A stretch of 20,370 nt of DNA, taken from the NCBI GenBank assembly GCA_016840425.1, contig JAEOSI010000017.1, positions 1 through 20,370 on the forward strand, written 5' to 3'. How positions within the stretch are numbered: position 1 is the stretch's first letter; each line of letters starts with the position of its first letter. A program made the position numbers and the translations under genes. Shown here in pieces: positions 8,964 to 15,870 of this stretch. The DNA comes from Candidatus Wukongarchaeum yapensis (GTDB taxonomy: Archaea > Asgardarchaeota > Wukongarchaeia > Wukongarchaeales > Wukongarchaeaceae). Under the pieces are notes generated by a model, which was not told the origin of the DNA, did no database searches, and worked only from the letters and a program-made list of their open reading frames with translations.

Positions 8964-10004
8964 CTAATAGTTGTTTGGTCCTATCATGGTGTTTAAGAGT
9001 TGGAAGTCTTCTTTTCTTTTTGCAAAAACGCCGACATTTCCAAGCCTTATATTTTTAAGACCTACGCGTTTTGCTAAGATAAAGGCTTCGATCATCTCAT
9101 GAATCGTTGGAGATCTTACATTACTCATCTTATATATTGGGAAAAAAGCTAATATGCAGAACGGGATCTCTGGGTCCACTTCTTTTAGAATTTCCGCTAT
9201 TTTTCTTATTTGTTCTGCGTCAACCCATCCTGGTATAAGGAGGCTTAACACTTCTAATACAAAGCCCATATCTAAAATCATTGCAGGTAGTTCTAATATT
9301 CTCTCATTTGAAGCCCCTGTTAGCTTTTTATGCACTTTTGAGTCGTATGCTTTTATGTCAAGCCAAAAAGAATCTATTTCCGCACTTTGAAACGCTTCTA
9401 AATTTTTCGGCGTCAATCCATACCCGTTTGTTTCGATAAGCATCCAAAAATCACTTAATTCTTTTTTAACGATATTCGAGACTTCACAATAATATTCTGG
9501 TCGGCATGCTAGATCTCCGCCTGTGAAGGCTGCTATATTTCTCGCAGGCCCAAAACCTTGAGGGCTTAAAACTATTCTTTCTTGCTCCAGTAAGCCAGGA
9601 CAAAAATCGGATCTTTTACCGTATATTATGCAAGATCCACATCCTCTACAGAGGTCGTGGGCGTGCCATGCTGTTGCCCGATGTCTTGGCTCTTTAAAAG
9701 TTATTTTTTCCGCGTAAGAAATTATTTCCTCAGCAATTTCTTCGGAGGTATACCATTGACCGTTTGCAATTTGGGTGAACTCCCATGAGTGACATTTTAA
9801 ACATGACCAGTTGCAACCACTTTGATAGATGGAGTAGTAGTGCTCAGGGCGGGATAAATGAGCGGATTTTATGAGACGTTCAAGGCCTTTTCCTGTTTTT
9901 CTAAGTGTTATTTCGCACGCGCTCCCGCTCCTAGTAGCAGCTATTGTTTTGCATGCTCCTCTTTTAAAACCTTGAAGCTCTAGGTTGCATTTTGAGTTAA
10001 CCAT
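8964..10004 (-). CDS. Radical SAM protein, PflA/glycyl-radical-activating-enzyme-like fold
   Basis: GCNWSCLKCH (CxxxCxxC), AFTGGD, IETNG, LDIKA and GNVGVF motifs. The start is uncertain: ATG 10004 follows a purine-rich GAAGG; the ORF track starts at 10106. Confidence 0.85.
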   Translation of the reverse strand: MVNSKCNLELQGFKRGACKTIAATRSGSACEITLRKTGKGLERLIKSAHLSRPEHYYSIYQSGCNWSCLKCHSWEFTQIANGQWYTSEEIAEEIISYAEKITFKEPRHRATAWHAHDLCRGCGSCIIYGKRSDFCPGLLEQERIVLSPQGFGPARNIAAFTGGDLACRPEYYCEVSNIVKKELSDFWMLIETNGYGLTPKNLEAFQSAEIDSFWLDIKAYDSKVHKKLTGASNERILELPAMILDMGFVLEVLSLLIPGWVDAEQIRKIAEILKEVDPEIPFCILAFFPIYKMSNVRSPTIHEMIEAFILAKRVGLKNIRLGNVGVFAKRKEDFQLLNTMIGPNNY

Positions 10005-10124
10005 AAGCCTTCTCTTCTCATAACCTTCTTTAACATTACTATGATAACAGATAGAAAACAAAATAATAAAACTAGGATTAGACAGACAAGAACCGCTTTT
10101 ATTCAATCATTTTATTTGCTTTCT

Positions 10125-10132
10125 ATATATAA
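10125..10132 (-). promoter_or_regulatory. Candidate archaeal TATA box (TTATATAT) for the radical SAM gene
   Basis: TTATATAT on the minus strand upstream of the radical SAM gene; motif match only, in AT-rich DNA. Confidence 0.3.
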
Positions 10133-10544
10133 CCATAGACTGAATGATGTTATAGATCCTCATTCCCAAGATCCTTGGCTTCTTCCTCGCCCCTAACGCT
10201 GTTTGGAGGCTGTAAGCACTCCCTCAGGATATGCTTTGCTTCCTTCTCCTCTAGCACTCTCATCTTCTCGCGGATGTATAAAATCCTTAAGCTTTTATTT
10301 CTCCCCCAATTTTCTCTTAGAAGCTATTTTAGTTGTCCTCTACCCCATAAAGAGGTTGGATTTTTACCCTACCTCTTATATTTTTATGTTTTTAAGGTTA
10401 AACTATTTTTATAGGATTTCGATTTTTATGTTACAAATCTTTTTTACCTAAAAGTGATATCTATCAAGGGGATAGTCTTTTTTTTCAATTTTTTTTAAAA
10501 AATTTATGAATAAAAATTTTCCTAAAGCTTCTCTAACCAATTAA

Positions 10545-10552
10545 TTTATAAA
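10545..10552 (+). promoter_or_regulatory. Candidate TATA box (TTTATAAA) upstream of cdhE
   Basis: Canonical archaeal TATA octamer about 90 nt upstream of the start. It is palindromic and sits in AT-rich DNA, so the evidence is weak. Confidence 0.3.
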
Positions 10553-10641
10553 TAATATCGAGGTTTTTTTTCCTACATTTTATTATTCTAAGTTTTAGTT
10601 TAAGTGATTGTTTCATTCTTTTTTAAGGAGGATCATTTGCT

Positions 10642-12060
10642 TTGGTGAGATTGTCTCCGTTAACGGTTCATGGTTTGTTGCCGGGTATTAACTGTAAGAA
10701 GTGCGGGGAGGTGACTTGTCTTGCTTTTGCTTCTAAGCTTGTTGCGAGAACGGCTGAAGTTGAGGCTTGTACTCCTCTTTTTGAGGAGGAGCAGTATGCT
10801 GAGAAGAGGCAAAAGCTGATTGAGTTGATTACGCCTCCGGTTGTTTCTGTGAAGATTGGTGGAGGTGAAAGGACCGTTGTTGTAGGCGGTGAGGAGGTTT
10901 TATATAGGCATGATTTGACGTTTTATCATCCTTGTGCTTTGGCTATTGATATTAGTGATGAGATGGATGAAGAGACGGTAAAGAAGAGGGCTGAGTGGGC
11001 TGATAGGTTAAAGATTGAGCGTATAGGCAAGGTTTTAACTTTAAACCTTATAGCGGTTAGGGATGTTTCGGATGATCCTGAAAAGTTTGCCAAGGTTGTT
11101 TCATGGGTTCGGGAATCTGCTGGTTTACCGTTGATTTTGTGTTCTTATAATCCTGAGGCGATTAAGGCGGCTTTGGATGTATGCGAGATGGATAGACCGT
11201 TAGTGTATGCTGCGACTGAGAATAACTGGCAAGAGATCGCTCCTCTTGTCAAAAAGTATAACGTTCCTGTTTGTGTTTCAGCTCCAGATAATTTAACATT
11301 GCTAAAACAGTTAGCTGTAACGCTTCAAGCCTATGGAATAAAGGATATAGTTCTTGATCCTGGCACTTTTATTGATAACGGTGGCTTGAATAGGACTCTT
11401 CAGAACTTTGCGCTTTTAAGGCGTGCTGGAATAGAACAGGAAGAGGAAGGGGTAGGGTTCCCGTTGTTGGGCATACCTGCCATAGCATGGGCTAATGGGG
11501 AAGATTCTGTGACGAACGCTTATACGGAGGCTATAGTTGCATCGATGCTTATAGCAAAGTATGCGGATATTTTGATTCTTCACAGCGAGGATGTATGGTC
11601 GCTTCTCCCCGTGTTCACGCTTAGGCAAAACATCTACTCTGATCCAAGAATACATCCCGCGATAGATCCGGGCATTAGGGAGATTGGTAACCCGACTCCA
11701 GAGTCACCAGTATTTGTGACTGCGAATTTTGCCCTTACATATCACACTATAGAGTCAGATCTTGAAGATGGGAAGATAGATTCTTGGATTCTTGTTGTGG
11801 ATACTGAAGGCATTGGTATAGAATCAGCGGTAGCAGGAAGGCAATTTTCCGCAGTTAAAATAAAAGAGGCTATTGATGAGTTTGATTTAGAATCTAAGGT
11901 AAGTCATAGGGTTATGATGTTGTCTGGCCTTGCGTCAAGGATAAGCGGTGAAACTGAAGAGGAAACAGGATGGAAAGTGATCGTTGGTCCGAAAGACTCA
12001 GGGGGCCTCAAGGCAATGAACTTAAAGGAGCTTTGGGAGAAAAAAGCACAAGAAGAATAA
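10642..12060 (+). CDS. cdhE: Corrinoid iron-sulfur protein large subunit (CODH/ACS gamma subunit)
   Basis: N-terminal LLPGINCKKCGEVTCLAFA...C Fe-S domain; GGEEVLYRHDLTF; TIM-barrel region with DIVLDPGT; C-terminal corrinoid domain PVFVTANFALTY...LVVDTEGIGIESAVAGRQF...VGPKDS. AAGGAGG 10 nt before the TTG start. Confidence 0.95.
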   Translation: MVRLSPLTVHGLLPGINCKKCGEVTCLAFASKLVARTAEVEACTPLFEEEQYAEKRQKLIELITPPVVSVKIGGGERTVVVGGEEVLYRHDLTFYHPCALAIDISDEMDEETVKKRAEWADRLKIERIGKVLTLNLIAVRDVSDDPEKFAKVVSWVRESAGLPLILCSYNPEAIKAALDVCEMDRPLVYAATENNWQEIAPLVKKYNVPVCVSAPDNLTLLKQLAVTLQAYGIKDIVLDPGTFIDNGGLNRTLQNFALLRRAGIEQEEEGVGFPLLGIPAIAWANGEDSVTNAYTEAIVASMLIAKYADILILHSEDVWSLLPVFTLRQNIYSDPRIHPAIDPGIREIGNPTPESPVFVTANFALTYHTIESDLEDGKIDSWILVVDTEGIGIESAVAGRQFSAVKIKEAIDEFDLESKVSHRVMMLSGLASRISGETEEETGWKVIVGPKDSGGLKAMNLKELWEKKAQEE

Positions 12061-12090
12061 AATAAAGCTTTTGAGCTTTTTATTTTTTTT
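12061..12090. terminator. Probable bidirectional terminator between convergent cdhE and methyltransferase genes
   Basis: Short hairpin aaagct-tttg-agcttt followed by tttatttttttt on the plus strand; the A-rich left flank gives a T-tract on the minus strand. Confidence 0.5.
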
Positions 12091-12110
12091 ATAGTATATC
12101 GTTTTTGGGT

Positions 12111-12689
12111 CTATTTTTTTATCGAGTTTATTGCATACCAAAGTTCAAATTCTTTTATTTCAAGAATTTCTAACTCGTTTTTTTCTAAAACTTCTACCAG
12201 TTTCTCTGGTGGATCAAGAAAGTGGTGTGGCGCATGACGTACAAAAGTCGAAGCTTTTGCTTTCCACTCAACTATTATAAGTTTCCCTCCAGGGCTTAAT
12301 ACACGCGCTATTTCTTCTACGGCGATGTCTAGGTTTTCTACATGATGGAGCGTTAATGCTGAGATGGCGGCGTCGAAAAAATCGTCTTTAAAGGGTAATT
12401 TTTCGACGAAACCTTCTTTAAACACGACTCTACCCCCCAATCCTCGCGTTTCTAATTGGTGTTTAGCGTCTTCTATGACCTCTGAGGAAGGATCGATCGA
12501 GTACACATGTCCTGGTTCATTGAACAGACCTGCTAATAAGCGGCACGCATAACCATAACCTGTACCTACATCTAAAACGATCATATCAGGCATGAATTCC
12601 CCGAAAAGTAAGACGGTTTCTTCCATTTTTTCCTGGATTTTTTCCCGCTCAGGATCTTGTTTATGACCTTTTTTATGGTGTTTTTCCAT
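12111..12689 (-). CDS. Class I SAM-dependent methyltransferase (UbiE/Methyltransf_11-like)
   Basis: VLDVGTGYG motif I, LPFKDDFFDAAIS, LHHV and ARVLSPGGKLIIVEW. ATG 12689 follows AAAGGTGAAAAG (ORF track starts at 12728). The substrate is unknown. Confidence 0.9.
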   Translation of the reverse strand: MEKHHKKGHKQDPEREKIQEKMEETVLLFGEFMPDMIVLDVGTGYGYACRLLAGLFNEPGHVYSIDPSSEVIEDAKHQLETRGLGGRVVFKEGFVEKLPFKDDFFDAAISALTLHHVENLDIAVEEIARVLSPGGKLIIVEWKAKASTFVRHAPHHFLDPPEKLVEVLEKNELEILEIKEFELWYAINSIKK

Positions 12690-12813
12690 CTTTTCACCTT
12701 TATAATACATAAAAGTATTAGCCTCCAAAACAAAAAACTATTAACTTAATATTTAAATTATTTTATGATATTCTTGTTAAGATTATGAATTAGTTTCAGT
12801 ATGGTGGTTTCAG

Positions 12814-13425
12814 GTGAGCGAAGAAGTTTCAAAAATTGATTTGATAAAAGAAGAAGTCGCTGGTACTTCTAGTATTGTTGGTGATTTGGTTTTAGAGTTT
12901 GAAAAGATTTTGGATGAAGGAGAGCGTAAAACTGTTGAAGATATGATTCGTGATTCGCGAGAAACTTGGTTTCCTGCAAAGCTCATAATAAAATGGGAAG
13001 AAAAGGGAGAAGAGAGGATAATAAGGCTTGTCGCTGTTGGTGGCGTGAATTACGTCACGCTTTATGATAAAGGTGATGGGTATTATGAAGGAGAACGGCT
13101 TTTCTTGCTCATAAAAACTATTAAAGATGTTTTTCCAAGCCTTTCGAGGATTGGATTCTCCATAGTAACTCCTTTCGAATGGATGGAAAAATGGCTTGAA
13201 AAGGGAAAACCTGTTAAGTCTCCTATATCGATAAAGTTTGGTTATAAATGGGATGTAGGAGATACTAGCAGGCTTTTTGGAGGTTACGGTGCAGATCGAA
13301 TAATGGAATTTTCGACACAAAAAGGGGAAGAATTCGAGCCAGTTGAACTGTTAAGTATGCTTAGAAACCTTAATAAAAGGTCTCCATTAAATGAAATAAC
13401 TGCTCTCCTAATGTTCTCCATATAA
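12814..13425 (+). CDS. Hypothetical protein (203 aa)
   Basis: Open frame filling the gap between known genes; GGTGG 6 nt before the GTG; soluble alpha/beta-like composition; no family recognised. Confidence 0.7.
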   Translation: MSEEVSKIDLIKEEVAGTSSIVGDLVLEFEKILDEGERKTVEDMIRDSRETWFPAKLIIKWEEKGEERIIRLVAVGGVNYVTLYDKGDGYYEGERLFLLIKTIKDVFPSLSRIGFSIVTPFEWMEKWLEKGKPVKSPISIKFGYKWDVGDTSRLFGGYGADRIMEFSTQKGEEFEPVELLSMLRNLNKRSPLNEITALLMFSI

Positions 13426-13507
13426 AGATGTTAGGGAAGGTAGTTCTGTAAATTTATTGTTGGTATAACATTAGGGTTGACAGAAGTTCGCTAAGAGAAT
13501 GTGGTTT

Positions 13508-14803
13508 TTATATCTTTTGGAGAAGGTTTTGGAGGATTTCTTTATCGGGTAAGCAGTTTTCACTCGGAGAATCGAGGAACTTTCTCAATTTTTTTGTTTG
13601 CATGTCCATTCTTATCATCGTGCCTTCTGTCTCTACCCCGGTTATAGTAGCGGGAATAGCTACTGAAGCCTTTTTAACGGTTAAATTCATCTGGGTATCT
13701 ATTACGATTAAAGGAATATTTTGTAATTTTTCCACTAATTTTTGGGGAAAACTGGCGAAAGGATTCGCGCCAATGATCAACGCTGCATCGCAATCCCCGT
13801 TGATTAAGGCTTCTGTCACCGTTGTCTTCTCCGGAGGATTTTTTGAAAAATCTATACCGTAACCATAGGGCACTCCAGCCATCTTTTTTGCTGCTAGGTT
13901 AAATCCTAGCATGTTACTGTGTCCTATCATGGGCATTAGTGAAAATTGCCCCTTGAGATTTGGGTGTTTTACGAGTTTTATTAAACCTTCAATGTTTTCC
14001 TTGAAATTTTCTTGCTGGAGGATTCCAAGGCCGAAAAAGATTGTGCCAAACTGTGCTTTTTTCATCATTTTACCAAAATCGATGATGTCTTTTTTCATGA
14101 TCCCTCCTACATTTTCAGGCAATTCTTTGCCGGATAGATATTCAATTAAAGCTTTTATTAGGTTTAAGTCCTTTTCTGGCTCTATTTGTAAGAATAGGTT
14201 TATTCCTTTGGCGGATCTTGTTTTTATGACGTCAACAACGACGACTTCCCTTTCCAATCTTCCTGTGATTCTGACTTTTCCCCGGGGAAAAACGGTGTAT
14301 CGGCTTAGGTGTCTGCTGTGAGAATCGGCAGGGTTAGACCCCCAATAGACCACAAGATCTGCCATATCCCCTACTTCTTCTAAAGTGGGACATTTGAACT
14401 CCTCCCTGGAAATCTCTTCTATCAATCTTAAAGAAATTCCATGACAAATGCTTGAAGTGGAATCTATGACACCTTCAAGCTTTTCAGCAAGTTGTATCCC
14501 TACTTCTTGGGCTTCATAACTAACGCTGCCCCAACCGTATAACAACGGCTTTTTTGCTCGTGAAAGAAGATTACAAGCCACATCTAATGCCTCGCTTAAA
14601 TGAGCGGGCTTTAACCTTCCTTCCTCCAAGATAAGGGGGTTAGTTAATCGATTGGGAGAGTTAACAAGTTTTAAAAAAGCATCCCCCCGCATGCATGCGT
14701 TATAAGTGGAAACAATTTTTCCATCATTAATAACGCAAAAAACATCATCACAAAGCAAAGAGCAATGAGGACAAACAATCCTTTCTACCTGTCCCAAAGC
14801 CAA
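13508..14803 (-). CDS. fwdB: Formylmethanofuran dehydrogenase subunit B-like Mo/W-bis-pterin protein
   Basis: CPHCSLLCDD...ACMRG [4Fe-4S] motif; PLLYGWGS; DSTSSICHG (metal-ligand Cys, TGT at 14444-14446); VVYWGSNPADSHSRHLSRY; GVETEGTMIRMD. GGTGA upstream of the TTG start. Confidence 0.92.
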   Translation of the reverse strand: MALGQVERIVCPHCSLLCDDVFCVINDGKIVSTYNACMRGDAFLKLVNSPNRLTNPLILEEGRLKPAHLSEALDVACNLLSRAKKPLLYGWGSVSYEAQEVGIQLAEKLEGVIDSTSSICHGISLRLIEEISREEFKCPTLEEVGDMADLVVYWGSNPADSHSRHLSRYTVFPRGKVRITGRLEREVVVVDVIKTRSAKGINLFLQIEPEKDLNLIKALIEYLSGKELPENVGGIMKKDIIDFGKMMKKAQFGTIFFGLGILQQENFKENIEGLIKLVKHPNLKGQFSLMPMIGHSNMLGFNLAAKKMAGVPYGYGIDFSKNPPEKTTVTEALINGDCDAALIIGANPFASFPQKLVEKLQNIPLIVIDTQMNLTVKKASVAIPATITGVETEGTMIRMDMQTKKLRKFLDSPSENCLPDKEILQNLLQKI

Positions 14804-15085
14804 GATCTTTCACCTTTCATAATTTAAAATAGTAAACGTCTTTAATTACTCTGATAACTAAAGTAACTTACATAATTTTAAAGTTGAATGCCGTAAGAAG
14901 CTTTATACTCTCCTTAAAAAGCTAGGTTAATACGTTATTACAGCAGCTATAACCATATCTTATAGATTTGATAATATGTTTCATAATTATATTAACTGCA
15001 ATTTAATATCTCATTTTTTAAATTATATTTTATAACAATATTAGGCAACTAAATCATTAATAATTATAATATAATTATAATACCG

Positions 15086-15586
15086 CTATATTAGAATTTT
15101 TATTGCTTCTGTGAAACAGTATATTTCGCACACGCGGCATTGGGCATAGGAAAGTTTTTCCGTGTCGGCGTACCTGCGGCATTTTGTGAGGTCGATTATT
15201 TTTGCTTTTCCATCCTTTACAACATAGATAACGTTTTCCTCTTTTTCTGGGGCTACCCCTATGCCTGCGGATGATTCTGGGTTTTCTGCAACGTTTACTG
15301 GGCAAACAATCAGGCAGTTACCGCATCCGATGCATTTTTCTTCTTCAAGAATTATTCCTGTTTCTAAGGCCTCGCTTAGAGGGGTTAGGAGTTCTTGGAG
15401 CTTTTTTAACTGTTTTTCGTAGGCTTTTTCTTCAAAGAGAGGCGTGCATTTTTCGAGTTCGATTTGGCGTCCTAGGAGTTTAACTGCAAAGGCCATACAT
15501 CCTGATTCGCCGCATTTTTTACAATTAGTTTTAGGAAGGAGTTGGAACACTTCGAAAGCATTCAATTTTGTCAAAAATGGCACCAC
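15086..15586 (-). CDS. fwdG: FwdG-like ferredoxin with N-terminal CdhE/RnfB-type Fe-S domain
   Basis: LLPKTNCKKCGESGCMAFA...CTPL domain followed by CIGCGNCLIVCPVN (typical of FwdG) and a second cluster motif C-x13-CRVCEIYC. The start may be TTG 15574, which follows GTGGTG. Confidence 0.75.
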   Translation of the reverse strand: MVPFLTKLNAFEVFQLLPKTNCKKCGESGCMAFAVKLLGRQIELEKCTPLFEEKAYEKQLKKLQELLTPLSEALETGIILEEEKCIGCGNCLIVCPVNVAENPESSAGIGVAPEKEENVIYVVKDGKAKIIDLTKCRRYADTEKLSYAQCRVCEIYCFTEAIKILI

Positions 15587-15737
15587 ACTGTTAAGAGTGT
15601 TGAGAAAATGTGTTTTGAAAGTTTATTAATTTTACTTTAAAGCCTAGTAGATTATTTAAAATTAAAAATTAGGTATTATCTTTAATCTTTTATAGAGATA
15701 TTACTTAAAGTTTATAAGAAAAAGGATGAAAAATTAT

Positions 15738-15745
15738 TTTATAAA
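15738..15745 (+). promoter_or_regulatory. Candidate TATA box (TTTATAAA) in the fwdG / hdrA divergent spacer
   Basis: Canonical octamer preceded by a purine-rich GATGAAAAA stretch, about 125 nt upstream of hdrA. Confidence 0.3.
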
Positions 15746-15870
15746 CAGGTTTTTGTTGCTTTAGCTCCTATCTTTTAACGATTTCATTTTTGTATCTTTA
15801 TCGAGTATGTTTTTTGGGTGTTGTTTGAATTAATATTAAGGGTTTGATCAGTTTTCGGGGTGTTTTTTAG

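Noticed and set aside
12687-14823. Similar leaders ATTAT(A/GA)AAGGTGAAA(A)GAT upstream of the methyltransferase (12687-12706) and fwdB (14805-14823)
   Set aside because: Explained well enough by the GGTGA ribosome-binding site in AT-rich context.
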